A stretch of 64,000 bases of DNA from Octopus bimaculoides (GCF_001194135.2 NC_068986.1:110806184-110870183), one strand, 5' to 3'; shown: positions 11,557 through 25,576, counted from the stretch's first letter. The notes: generated by a model from the letters alone, not told the origin. Translations and numbers: made by a program.

Positions 11557-11705
11557 CCTTTACATTCTGAGTTCAAGTTCATCCGACGTCGACTTTGATT
11601 TCATCTTTCGGTGTCGATAAATTAAGTACCAGTTGCGTACTGGGGTCGATCTAATCGCCTGCCCCCTCCCACAAAATTTCGGGCCTCGTTCCTAGAGTAG
11701 AAAAC
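11557..11705 (+). mobile_element. SINE family M, partial, alternative tail
   Basis: Shares ttctgagttcaa, gtcgactttg and gtcgataaattaagtaccagtt with 11313-11543. Confidence 0.8.
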
Positions 11706-13083
11706 ATTATCTTTATTATGGCTTAAAAAGATTTAATAATCATGATGACATTACTGTAATACTGAATCTCTTCGATCTGTTTAAATTTGACAACTATAAC
11801 AGCAACAACTTTAGCACTTCCGCAGTAACGGTTCATATTACTAAATTATGTCGCAGTCACTCGCGATACTAAGAACTATGTATTGAACGTACAGAAGAAG
11901 TGATTTGAACCTTCCTATTTTATTTATATAGAATTCCATGTGCTTAATCTTTATTCCTAAGTCTATACAATAAGGTGGTTATGGGATATTTTTCTACCGA
12001 ATCACCTAATGGAGACAATAGAATAGTCTAGAAGGTACTATTCTTGCGTCTCAATTGAAGCTGCTCTGTTGAGGGGGGATGCCATCATGGCCAAGTTTAG
12101 GTGTAATTAAAGAAGAATAAAAAAAATCGGTTTAGGGTCATACATACTGGAAATCATCGGAATAGTTCAAAATCACAGACTTCTCTTTCGTTACAATGTT
12201 ATAATTTACATTTAAATAATGATTTAACCCTCATTAACCTAATTAAGAACAATTAACGTTAGAAAATTAGAATAATTATATAAAAAAAAGATAATTATTT
12301 CCTCTATATTTTAGGATTTCATTATTTTATAGTTTCTCTTAATTTCAATTTGGTTTGTTTTTATAATTATTTCATTAATATTTGCTTCTATTTTAAACTG
12401 TTATCTATACGTTTCGTATACATGCTGTGAAACATAAAATATTGCAACATTTAACTTGAACATACTGAAACATTTTAATGTATAATCTTGTGCCAGAGAT
12501 AGTACTGTGGTTATTGGTGTAATCTCGTTTATCGGCTCTACATTCTGAGTTCAAAACAGGCTCATTACATTCTTGGAACGTACTGGAAATTGACCTTCAA
12601 ATTAACTTTCATCATCATCATCATCACCATCATCGTCATCGTTGTCCTAATCGTCGTCGTCATCATCATCATTATCATAATTCATCCTACCCTGGATATT
12701 CTTTTTTCAAGATCAGACTTATAAATTAAAGGGATGGTTACCCGATTTCCATTGTGTATAAAGAATTTTAGAACCTGTCCTTTAGATGGGTCACCATTCC
12801 TTTGCAGTCGTTCATTTACAACTGAGATTAGAAGGGCAACGTAAAATGAAGTGTTTTGCTCAAGATGAGGACACACCAGCTGCTTCGAGAATAGAAACCA
12901 CAATCTTGTGATCTGACCAATAAAGTGTACACAGAGAGGAACTGGACTGTTTCTGGAATTGAATTGTGCAGGTTTTATGTTCTGTGACTGAATCTGATTC
13001 TGCATGAAGATAACAGTAAAGACACAGTCGTCTGTACGATGAACAACAATTACATTCTAATACAATAAATGTGCATTATTCTA

Positions 13084-13651
13084 GGATCTATTTTAAAACG
13101 GGGGCCACATTTTTCATTAATGTTTTACGTAGTGTTTTTGGTACCGAAAGACTTTCAAACTTCGTATACTTATCTATTTTGTGTTATAGAACAGAAAAAT
13201 ATTTTTGTATTCGAATTTATTTCATGTAAAAAATTGTCTTATTTCGATAATTTCAACCAATCACTGACAAGTATTCAGTTGTTTACACTTACTCCTTTGG
13301 CTGTTTAAGCGCTGTAAAGCGTATTTAATCTCCATACCTTCGTTTTATTTGCTTTTTTCATTTTAAATTTGCTTTAACCCTAACCCTAACCCTAGGGTTA
13401 GGGTTAGGGTTAATTGTTTCAGAATCGTTTGTTTATGTAGTCGGCACTTAATGTATATCGGCTGAATGGACGTCAGTGATTGGTTGAAATTACAGAAATA
13501 CGACAACTTTCACATGGAATAACTTATGATTTCTTTTTTTTTTTAAGAAGATTAAGAGAAAAAGATGTTTTATATGACACATTCTACCAGTGTTCCAAGT
13601 TTCAAAGTGTTTCGTTAATGAAAAATGTGGCCCCCGTTTTAAAAAAGATCC
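13084..13651. mobile_element. Merlin-like MITE with central telomeric-repeat palindrome, copy 1
   Basis: ~37-bp TIRs starting GGATCT, and an exact 8-bp TSD ttattcta (13076-13083, 13652-13659). Internal inverted atttcaaccaatcactgac blocks. Confidence 0.85.
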
Positions 13652-15682
13652 TTATTCTATCCTATTGTAATCACTCTGTAGAAGATACAAGAAGTGATGG
13701 ATGCGGTGTTGATAATCCGCTGTTACGTTAATACAAAACGTATTACAAGGCATTACATGCCACAATCTCATTCGAAGGCCATTGTAAGAAAAATGTAAGT
13801 TAGTGTATCTTTAAAAGAGTTGGGAAATAAGGTTAAAGGTAGGGCGATACAAACTTAAAAGCAACTTCATGTTATGTTTCAGCAAAACATGCAACGCCGG
13901 ATTTTGTTCATTTTCCACCTGCTTCCTTCATTTGTTAATGGAGAAAACTTCACAAATGTGTTGACGAACATTATGAGAGGAAATTTATTGCCATCATTAA
14001 AACAATCCCTCTGGCAAACAAGAGCAATGTGGATTTTCTAGAATAAAATATATACACCGTTGTATATGTACGAAGGACATGTATGCATACCATACATACG
14101 TATCGGAAGTCAGTGGGAACTGCAGCACTGGGCAGAATTTTAATTCACGTGGAAAAGAGAAAGATTAAATCCAAAAACGTTCATCAGACCACCATCGCGA
14201 ATTGTTACATTGTACATCGAACATGAACGTTTAGAAGTCAAAGTTATCTTAGTTTTAAATTCACAAAGAATCAGAAGTGAGACAGTTCCCATAAACCATT
14301 ATCATTTTATAGCACTGCAATATTCAGTTGATCGTAGTAATGAGCACTTTTCTCTTTTGTTCAACTTTAAACATATACAAGTATAGATATATACATACTT
14401 ATATTCATACTTACATGCATATATGCCAGCATATACATATATAAATTTATATATATCTATGTATTTATAAACGAGCCCTCATATATTAAAATATGCACAT
14501 GTACATATGTACGCCCGCACATTCGCTCGCACATTCGCTCGCACACACATGCATATATATAATATATATATATATATATGTGTAGATGAAAACTGACGTA
14601 CGTACAAATGGAAACCATTTAAATCTAGTTACGCAAACTAGAAAAATGATCAAATATCTTCCCTTTTAATTAAAGATTAAAGATATTTCAGTAAGAAATA
14701 ATAAGAAACAGAGTTTAATTTATCTAATTATTAAATCATTTTCATTTACGATTCAAAATGAATTACTTCAAAATTTATTAAAAATAATTTTATCTCAAAA
14801 TTACAGAATCTATATAGCGTAACTTATATGTATCTGTATGAATGCATATATACATACATTCATACATACATAAATGCATACATATACATTCATACATGTA
14901 TATATATATATATATATGCTTGCATACATGTACTTGCGTATATGCATGGAGCCACACATTTTATTTTCTAGAGTGTTGTGTATATATATATATATATATA
15001 TATACATGCGCGTATTCATATATGCATGCATACATATTACATTATATACCTGCATACATACACACACCGCATTGGTTTAGAAATAATAGAAAACATATTT
15101 ACATAGGTAAAAAAATTATTAAGGTTTCTTTTTCAGAAATATTATAGAAATATTTATATTCCGTTTAAATGGAAAGAGTAAAATTCACAATGCACGATAT
15201 GCACATGCTCAATTAACCGTTATCTAATTAATAATCCCCTTAACCCTGATCAAAAGAATAATTATAAAAATAACACCAAAGCAGCAGCAGCAACAACAAC
15301 AAACAACACATGTTATTTTATTTGCTTTGAAGATCGTAGTTATATGGAAGCAAGTTGAGTTTTATTTGTATTTCCATCATGGCAAAGAAACAAAGCTTGT
15401 TTAATTATTTTCAATAAAACACTATGTCGTATATGAATGATTAAATATTTTAATTTCTCATTTTGACGTTCAGAAAATTATTTTGCTTTGTTCATTTGGA
15501 ACATCAGAGAAACGTTGTAAAAGCGGAGATTATGCATATGCTTGTACATATCTATGTATTTACTTATGTATCGGCATACCATTCTATCTCCCTCTTGCTA
15601 TCTCCTTCTCTATATCTACCTTTGTACGCATGACACACACACACGCACACACACTCTATCTCTATCCATCTATCTATATATA

Positions 15683-16677
15683 NNNNNNNNNNNNNNNNNN
15701 NNNNNNNNNNNNNNNNNNNNNNNNNNNNNNNNNNNNNNNNNNNNNNNNNNNNNNNNNNNNNNNNNNNNNNNNNNNNNNNNNNNNNNNNNNNNNNNNNNNN
15801 NNNNNNNNNNNNNNNNNNNNNNNNNNNNNNNNNNNNNNNNNNNNNNNNNNNNNNNNNNNNNNNNNNNNNNNNNNNNNNNNNNNNNNNNNNNNNNNNNNNN
15901 NNNNNNNNNNNNNNNNNNNNNNNNNNNNNNNNNNNNNNNNNNNNNNNNNNNNNNNNNNNNNNNNNNNNNNNNNNNNNNNNNNNNNNNNNNNNNNNNNNNN
16001 NNNNNNNNNNNNNNNNNNNNNNNNNNNNNNNNNNNNNNNNNNNNNNNNNNNNNNNNNNNNNNNNNNNNNNNNNNNNNNNNNNNNNNNNNNNNNNNNNNNN
16101 NNNNNNNNNNNNNNNNNNNNNNNNNNNNNNNNNNNNNNNNNNNNNNNNNNNNNNNNNNNNNNNNNNNNNNNNNNNNNNNNNNNNNNNNNNNNNNNNNNNN
16201 NNNNNNNNNNNNNNNNNNNNNNNNNNNNNNNNNNNNNNNNNNNNNNNNNNNNNNNNNNNNNNNNNNNNNNNNNNNNNNNNNNNNNNNNNNNNNNNNNNNN
16301 NNNNNNNNNNNNNNNNNNNNNNNNNNNNNNNNNNNNNNNNNNNNNNNNNNNNNNNNNNNNNNNNNNNNNNNNNNNNNNNNNNNNNNNNNNNNNNNNNNNN
16401 NNNNNNNNNNNNNNNNNNNNNNNNNNNNNNNNNNNNNNNNNNNNNNNNNNNNNNNNNNNNNNNNNNNNNNNNNNNNNNNNNNNNNNNNNNNNNNNNNNNN
16501 NNNNNNNNNNNNNNNNNNNNNNNNNNNNNNNNNNNNNNNNNNNNNNNNNNNNNNNNNNNNNNNNNNNNNNNNNNNNNNNNNNNNNNNNNNNNNNNNNNNN
16601 NNNNNNNNNNNNNNNNNNNNNNNNNNNNNNNNNNNNNNNNNNNNNNNNNNNNNNNNNNNNNNNNNNNNNNNNNNNNN
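15683..16677. other. Assembly gap (N)
   Basis: N run flanked by (TA)n on both sides. Confidence 0.99.
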
Positions 16678-16703
16678 TATATATATATATATATATATAT
16701 ATA

Positions 16704-17092
16704 TGGTCTGGATATCCATCGGTTAACGACGACGAGCATTCCAATTGATCCAATGAACGGTACTGCTTGCTCTTGAAATTAACCGCATATAGCTGAGTAT
16801 TCCACAGACACGCGTACCATAAGGTAGTTCTCAAGGAGTCTGTATGAAGCCTGGCTCTGTGATTTGTCGTTAAATGCCAGATGAGTGTAGTGGAAAAACG
16901 ACCACCGTGAATTGAATACAGGTTACTATCCTGAGCCACATAGCTTATCCACTGAGCAACATAGCTTAACCACTGAGCCACATAGCTTATCCACTGAGCA
17001 ACATAGCTTAACCACTGAGCCACATAGCTTATCCACTGAGCAACATAGCTTAACCACTGAGCCACATAGCTTAACCACTGAGCCATGCATCC
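16704..17092 (-). mobile_element. tRNA-derived SINE with tandemly amplified 5' head
   Basis: Minus strand starts gcatggctcagtggttaag (A-box), followed by the 21-bp array, a body of ~225 bp and a (TA)n tail. Confidence 0.7.
16931..17085. repeat. 21-bp minisatellite, 7 full units with 42-bp higher-order alternation
   Basis: ctgagccacatagcttatcca and ctgagcaacatagcttaacca alternate three times, followed by a hybrid unit and a partial unit. Confidence 0.97.
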
Positions 17093-17334
17093 CCACGCGC
17101 ACCTACGCATGAGCACATACACACACACAAAACTCTCCATATATATATATATATATATGAATTATAACAGATGGTGGATAATTGCCAGCTCATTACAGCT
17201 GTTTCTTGCGCATTTTTTTAATAAAGGAATGTGAACATTACTCCATTACAAAACCTGTTAGCGTACATCGGCAACATTCGTCAAGTTCTTGAAAATGGGG
17301 TCATAACCTCGAAATATTGAGTACAAGATAAGTC

Positions 17335-17711
17335 GGATCTTTCTGATTTGGCTGACACCATTTTTCATTTAGTTTTTATTTAGTGTGTTTTCTACCGATA
17401 CAATTTAAAACTTCGTATACTTGCATACTTTGTCTTATAGAAGAGAGATAACTTTTTATATTCGAAGTTATTTCATGTTAAAAGTTGTCGGATTTCGGTA
17501 ATTTCAACCAATCACTGACGTCTATTGAGGTGAAAACAATTACTGCTATGGTTTGTCAACAACACGTTGTGGCGGTGTAATGGGATCTTTTCCCTTGAAT
17601 AAAATTAGTACCGTTGTTTGTCAACAACAACTATCGGTGGTACTGTTATTTATGACACCATTCGTGCGTTTGTACTGGTTTTAGCTTTAGCGTTGTAGGG
17701 TTAGGGTTAGG
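17335..17711. mobile_element. Truncated relative of the Merlin-like MITE
   Basis: Starts ggatcttt..atttttcatt and shares aaacttcgtatactt, atttcaaccaatcactgacgtc and tagggttagggtt with 13084-13651. No right TIR. Confidence 0.6.
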
Positions 17712-17797
17712 TTATGAATATTTTTGCCAAATTTGGTGAAAAATTTGTGGCGGAGTATTGAACAGATTTTCACCATATTTGGCAAAAATACTCATAA
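17712..17797. repeat. Small foldback (~36-bp inverted arms)
   Basis: ttatgaatatttttgccaaatttggtgaaaa versus ttttcaccatatttggcaaaaatactcataa. Confidence 0.85.
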
Positions 17798-20700
17798 TCA
17801 CTAGCAGATAACTGCAATGGTGCATAAACCCGATGAATTGATGTGCTGTACAACGTTAAGATGGTTTTTAACTTTTAACACTTATTGCATACAAAAATAA
17901 TAGGTTTTCTTTCCTGCACTAAATGTGAAAGATACGTGCCTAGCCTTATGCTAATGTCATCATAACAGAATTATTTCCAAATTCAAGCATGCTATTTTTC
18001 GGTGGAAGACCAAAGAAATGTAATAGATTATGAGTATTTTCCCCAGTAGTTCTGTTTGTTTCTGTGGAAAACAATGTTTAACTATGAATTAATCTGGAAT
18101 ATATTCATCTCAGTATATTTCATCTCGATTTCTTTGAATTTAATGTTTAAACTGAGTTTTGGGAATAATATTATCGTATTCTTCAGAAGAGGTTACCATT
18201 ATATGTTTGGGAATGGTGAGACGGTGTCAATCTACGGTTCCAATTGCCAGTTGACTGGAAAAAGCTTTATCGTTTCTTTTAAATCAATTGAGGTACAATC
18301 GTAAGCAGTGGTCTTTGAGATAATTTCGAAATTTTCTGGGCAAGAGTAATTCAGTAAGTCCATGTATCAAGAACATAATTTTTTCAGTTGTAGCATCATC
18401 CGTCCAAAGAGAAATATCTAATGCATACAGCATCAAATGTTAACGATTCTGCACCAATTTCTCCGCTTCCTATGTTTCATACTCAAAAGTGTAATATGGC
18501 ATAAATAGGCGTGTAAACATCCTACAATATAAAAGAATCTCACTCACAATTACTAAATGGTTTTCTAGTATTACTTTGCAAATGTGCTTATACAAATTTG
18601 TAAGGAGAGGAGTAATTAATTCTCTTGTTTTTATGACGAACTGTTATTTAATTTGGTCAATGTGGTTCATTTCAGTCTGTCTACTTCTCGCTTCTCTCTC
18701 TCTATCTATGTTTATAGACACACAAGCACATATATACGTGTGTGTGTGTGTGTGTGCGCGAGTGTTTGTGTGTAAAAATACGTAATATAATATGTGCGAG
18801 CGTTCATATTTGTATGTGTTAAAACTGATGAAATTTTGATTAAGGATTTGTAACTGAGAGAAAACATGTTGTAGAGAGGAAATAAATTGAAACGATACAC
18901 GAAACAGAAAGAAGGAAATTGTAAGTGTATCTCAATTATAAAATAATGTTTATTTCGACATTAAACTGTCTATTTCGGCCCCTGTAGGAATCACACTGGC
19001 ATTTTTATAACACTCTCGGACACACCAAATAGCTTAGTATTGTGATAAATCAGGATTGAATCACTTACGACAGTTCCTGTCTGTCAAGGAGACTTGAAAA
19101 CCTCCACAGAAACAACTGCGAGATTTCTTTACTTCCATTCCCTTCATTGATTTCAATCCTCACCGGAACAATTATTGTTTCTCATTTTAGACAAATCCCC
19201 CCGCCTCGCAATTTCCTCCTCAACAAACTTCTAATTCCCATCTTGGGAGAATACAAACTTCAGACTTCATCAAGAATTGCATCTATATTTATAAAATAAC
19301 TCGCTTTAAACTAACACTTTAACAATTTAATTACAGATGTCGCTTGTGTTCGTAATGATTACTGAAATAGGCAAACCGACTCTGTTTGGATGAGGGAGGA
19401 AATCATCGATTAATTTCATCATAATAATTGACTGATTTTCAGTTGAGTTTTTCAAAAATCTTATTCAACCGAGGAAAGCGAAACGCTAGGTTGAAATGTG
19501 AACATTGAATACACACTTCCTATAATATCACAGATCCTCAGTGCACAAAGCAACTCTGTCAACGAACTAATAACGGATCCTTTACGAGGACTGTCGGACA
19601 TGTTGCTAGACAAAGCAGTCACATTCTGCACAATGTGCGTGTGTATCATTGCCTCTAAGTGTGTATGTCTGTGTGTCAAAGACAGGGAGAGAAATAGAAG
19701 GGGCTGAAGGAAGAAAGTGACAGATAAAGATGTAAGGATGGTGGGCTCTTTCTGTAAGTTTTGGAAAAAATCAGACAAGCGTTTGTGATGAGATGCAAAA
19801 CGGCATCACCACCTCCACTTCGCAATAGCCATATCACGTGGCATTTACCAGCGAATATAATAAATAATTATATGGATAATACGACCGCACCGATTCCGAA
19901 TCCTTTGTTGTGATTATTAAAACAAATAGTGTTTCTTCTCTTCTGTTTCATTCGTGTTTTATTTCTGTCAGATTGTCTTCCATCTTCGCAATTAGAGAAC
20001 AATTGTTGATTGTGATTACGACAACGATGATAATGACGATGATAAAGACAACGCTGATAATGAAGAGGAGGGGGGAGGAGGTGGATGGTGATGATGGCAG
20101 TGGTGAGGACGATGATGATTAGGAGGAGGGGTGGTTGTTGGTGATGGTGGTGGTGATGATGATGATGATGAGTCGATTCAATTTTCGTAATGCCGTCCTG
20201 GGTTATTCGGTCCAAAGTACATGCTAGATATCTTCAGAGGAATAGAGCAAAGGAACGCGTTGACATATGGTGTGTCTTGGCCGGCAGCAGCATTTATGCA
20301 TCATAGAAATAGGACCCGTTTCCTCGACACAGTTAGTTCGCAAACTGACATCACCGTTAGCTCTTTGTATACAAGGTCGCAGAATAATTGTCCAGACTAC
20401 CCGTTCTCTGAGCTCAAATGAAAGCGAGACAAGAAATTGCGTTTCATTCATTTTGCATTAAAGAAAACGTACAAATAAAAGCCAAAGTTATAACGGATCT
20501 CCTATATTGGTTTCAATTGACTGCGTTTTTTATATCTCACCATCTTCTCTAGATTCATAGACTTATTCTGTTTCATTCTTTCATGTCATGTATTGTCATC
20601 TCAAGTGCCTAAATGGTTGAGCATTAAGTTGCAGTAATCAAATAGTGTCTACAACCTGAGGACATAATTCTTTCATCTTCCCACCAATCTCGATGTTCTT

Positions 20701-23700
20701 GTTGAATTTGATGGGTACCACCTTAAATACCGTCTAAAAATATAAACCATAAGTGAACAGCAGAACAATATGTACAGATAACCGTGATATGAAAATATGC
20801 TGCTGTGAATAAATCCATTTGTGATTGAGTTAAACAAGCAGCAGGGACCCCTGACGGTAATGTCACTCAAACAAACGAAACCCGTTTAAAAATTCCATTG
20901 AACATTATGCATATTACGTGTAAATGAAACAGAAAAGCGACGCCTATTCTAACACTCAACCACTGTACGTTGATTTATGTCTGAGTAATTAGGAATGAGT
21001 GAACAGTATTAAATGAAGGATATTTTCTCCTCTCATTAAAATTGCAACTCGTTTACGCTAAAGCGCGATCATCAGATAAAATGTATTACAACTGGGAAAT
21101 GGTCAGGTACAGGTATTGCTGTATGAATATGGACTGGTGCCTGTCCTTTATTGTCGCTCAGCTTTTTGATCTCATAACACAAGGCATTTCCCCAGTTCCA
21201 ATAAAAGCTCTGTGTATGTGAGTGTAATTATGTATCTATGTATGTATCTGTATGAATATATACATAAACGTAAGTGGGGACGTTACAGAAAGATTTGCAA
21301 TTTGTGGAGTTTCAGGTTAAAATAATCGTGTGTTCATCGTATTCAGTACATTGTTGTTTTTTTTTTGTTGTTTTTGAGTTTTGGCTTTTTCCATCGTCTC
21401 CTCTCTTATGAATTGATTGTGTATATTTAAGTAGAATTTCATAAAGCGATGTTATATTGTGGTTTACAAAGGTATTCGCGTTACAAAACCGGCACTGAAT
21501 CATGAAAAAATTCAGGGCTTCTCATGCTTTTGTTATTTAACTGTAGCTCAGGTCACATGTAAATTTAAACATACATGCCAAAACAATTTCAGCAGTAGTT
21601 TCTATTGAAATCTGCATTTAATATCTTCCTTATATCTCGTGATTATATGAATAGATTTTGGTTCAGAATGATAGAAGAGTGATCCAGTTCCACGGACACT
21701 AATGCTACTTCACATTGGTATATATTGATCAAGTATATCATCAAGTTAACTTTGGTAAGTAGACTTATGATTAAAGATGTCTTAACCAAAAGCATCTCGT
21801 CTATATTTTAGAGCAAATGTGTACGTAATTACATGCTCTATATTTTTTGGTATAAGCACTCTTTCTCAGAGTTATGTAAGATAGAAGAATGGTATTCGAA
21901 GAAACCTTAAAGTCAAGTTTAGAAGGCTGAACAGCCATGCTAATTGCTATCCACACACAGTTACACACAAATATACACAAAAAGCATACACATGTTTCTT
22001 TCTGCCTCTTTCTCTCCCGTCATAGCTGTATCTCTCACTGAAGATATTCCTTAAATAAATTCATATTTATTAACATGTAAGGACGATACAGCATACTAAA
22101 TCATTTGCAGAAGATTTTGGGTGCAGATATGTACATATCATTTGGTTCATCTCAAATTTGGGTACTTCTATAAATCTTTATATCTATCCGTATTGCCATA
22201 GTCGTTTATGTTCCTATACAAGACTCAACGTGCAGCTAGGCGCATATTATTTCGTTTGTATTCTTCCGTGTGTGGCCTTTATACAGAAGCAATCTAAAAT
22301 CTTCAACTCGGAAGCTGAAAGCACCCTGCATGTCTATCCGTCAAAGCTATACTATGAACTGTGGTAACCTGAACCTTCAGTCCTGAAGTGTGTGAGTGTG
22401 CGTGTGAGTTCGCACGCGCGCATGCGTGCGTGCGTGTGTGTGTGTGGTAGTATATTTGTGATTGCGACTATGGGTTTATATATAATTGTATGTTGAGGAG
22501 GAAGGGGAAAATCTGTATCTCTAACGGTAGTGAATATGGCTGCAGATTATCATAAACATGACAAGATTTAATAACAAGGAAAGAAAGTCTGCGGCGTAAA
22601 GTATGAAAAGTGTGTAGGTAAGTGGCGATAACATATTGCCAATTATCTAGCATGTCAACAACAACATCATCAACAATATTTCAATAGGACAGTTATGACA
22701 TTAAGCATTTCGTTTCATGTTGTCGAATGAATGAAGAGATGGCAATGTGATTATCTCTTCGAGTCTTTGCAGTTGTTAAAGAGTTCTCTGTTATGATAAA
22801 AGAGAGCCAGTATTTCGGTTCGATGAAAGAGCGTCATTCTTACCAACGTAGAGCTGTGATGTTATTGATAGACCGGGCGTCACTTTGTAACAGTCTCAAT
22901 GGAAATATCTTTATAATGTAACATTCACAGATGATCTATTGAGCGACCGATTGTGATTTGCTCACCCACAAAACGTATACACACTTGCATATATTTCACA
23001 CACACACACATAAACATACAAATATCCATACACAAACATTTGTATACATGATGTTATGACATGTATATATATGTGTATGTGTTCGTGCGTGCGTGTATGT
23101 ACATATATGTGTGTGTGTGTTGGTGACAATGGAATGAAATACAAACTGTAGTTTCAGGCAGATCTGCGAGTAGATTACAGCGATCATCAGCGGCCATAAA
23201 TGGTTGATAGTAAAAGAAAAACAGAAAGGCAATGATGGACAGGTGAAACAAGGAGGTGCAGTTAATTACTTGCCGACACATCTCTCTATATTTCTATCTA
23301 TCTATCTATCTTCCAAAGTATTTATCTAAATATCACGCACAAATACACATACATTCACATGTGTGCATACGTAAATGCGATGTATGTGTATGTGTATTCA
23401 TAGGTACTTTGTTGGTTTTATAACACGTGTTCGCATTGTTTGCTTTGTCACAAGTTCTTTGTATCCTATTTAATTCTTTGTTTCTATATCTAGGACAGGT
23501 ACTCCTGGTAATGATACCAGTGGTACATAGCTACAAATCACACACACACACACACACACACATGCACACACAAGGAGATAGATGCGCATACATATACAAA
23601 CACACATACATAAAAAATACACGATCACGGGCATGCAAGCACATGAATATGCAGAATACATACATACAGATGCACACACATACATAGATATATACATATG

Positions 23701-23869
23701 GATACAGACACATGCATGCATGGCATGTGTGAACCACACACAAAAAGAAAATGATTCTCTCCACGACATACCAGAATATGCTTCAACACACGAACTCACA
23801 TAAAGAATCTTGCAAACCAAATCCCAAAACGAAATATATATATATAAATATATATATACGCACATACAG

Positions 23870-23907
<38 letters not shown>

Positions 23908-24637
23908 ATCTATATATCTACATATATATGCTGTAGGGTATATTTGCTCGCGCATAGTCATAGACACACGCGCTCACACACACACACACACACACACACA
24001 CTTATATATATTTTCCCATGCCTACCACAATTTTGCTCGTGATAAATAAAGTATATACGACAGCCACGTATTCTAATGTAATATACACCTTCGACTGAAT
24101 TCCTTGCAATTGTATCTCAGCCTTATATAAAGAAATTTACGAACCAATATCTACTAAATGCAATGTTTAGTATGTGTTTATTTGTTAGAGATCTCATTCC
24201 GTCAATGTAGATCAGTTATTTTCATCAAATAACAGGCTGTAAGTCTGTCTCTCATTTATCCATTTTCCACGTGCGTTACACACTTCAATAAGATGACATA
24301 TCAACTAGCGAGACATTGATATTGATAGCAATGACAGCAAGCCTCGAAGTATGCACTTCACTCATACATCTGTCACAACATGACTGTTAAAGACTGTCAA
24401 AATGATTGAATTTCTTGGCCACCAAGTGAGCAAGCAAGCAGCAAGTCACTGCCTCTATTGTGGCTGTCTTGTCAACAAAATATTTTGATCGAAGTTGGTG
24501 ATGGAGTGGTCTACATATGTTTGCAGGTATTTAATGTTCATGCCGAGAGACACATATATCTGAATAACATACACTAATATTACAAATGTGTATTTATGTA
24601 CATACGTATATATATACGCATAAATATGTATCTATAC

Positions 24638-24675
<38 letters not shown>

Positions 24676-24769
24676 GGACAGGTACAGATAGATATGTGTG
24701 TATGAATGTATATTTATGTATATATATAGGTATATATGTATATACATATTCACACATATACGCACATAC

Positions 24770-24803
<34 letters not shown>

Positions 24804-25576
24804 CCATTTTTACACGCAAGAAGATATCCAGAGAGATTCATAGTTTTGCACACACACACACATCACATATGCATTAGTTAATCTGTTTCAATGCATTCGT
24901 AGTTCATATAGAGTAAACGAAACAATTTCAAATATCTTCGTAAGACTGTAATACATTGCTCTTAAAAAGGTTACACTGGTACAAGATTTTCAATGCATCT
25001 TTATTCCCTGCCATACTTGAAATGTACTGGCATATGTATTCGTATTTATAGGTGACCTATAAAATTACATTCGTGTTACATATATATATATATCGTTAGG
25101 TTTATAACGAAGCCCATTACGAATACCTTGTGGATTTTTTAATCGATGCATTCGAGAGAAAGGAACTGATTTCATAAAAGATAAATTTCATTTATTTCAA
25201 GACATCTTACGTTGTCTTATCGCAAAAATAATCGTCTTATTTACGATTGAAACACGTTTTATATTTTGATAATAACTTAAATATCTTCCTTTTATTGAGG
25301 ATACAGTTCTCAAAGTATATTCTTAGTTTCGTTTCTCAACACACGCATATAGTCATACATGCCTTGCGTACATACATACATACATATATACATACATACA
25401 TATATACATACATAATATCGAACAGTGAGTGTGTGCGCTCAATATCTCATTCGTGTAACCCTGTGTCTTCTCACCCAAAACCGGAACGAATCCCATGTTA
25501 CACGGTTAACATTTAGGAACATATCTTTACAAGAAACAATTGGTTGTCTTACAAACTCACAAATAACGTATATATA

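Noticed and set aside
13374-13413. True telomere or chromosome-fusion site
   Set aside because: Only three repeats per side, enclosed in a TSD-flanked MITE that recurs at 45340.
16931-17085. CRISPR-like regular repeat
   Set aside because: The units are contiguous with no unique spacers, the context is eukaryotic and there are no cas genes.
15483-17140. Long ORFs of 350-490 aa, and similar ones at 25425-26150, 32367-32722, 37214-37532, 48337-49306 and 54329-55087
   Set aside because: They are open only because they cross N-gaps and TA/CA microsatellites.
18000-18500. Possible Penelope RT relic
   Set aside because: A single weak LDIS-like motif is insufficient.
21040-21080. CTGATGA-containing hammerhead candidates (minus ~21075, minus ~23190, plus 26695, 56629, 63855)
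   Set aside because: Each lacks GAAA at the right place, a stem II, or stem I pairing.
23054-23281. Signal-peptide-like ORF MCRQVINCTSLFHLSIIAFLFFF
   Set aside because: It runs into a CA microsatellite, has no convincing donor and no recognisable domain.
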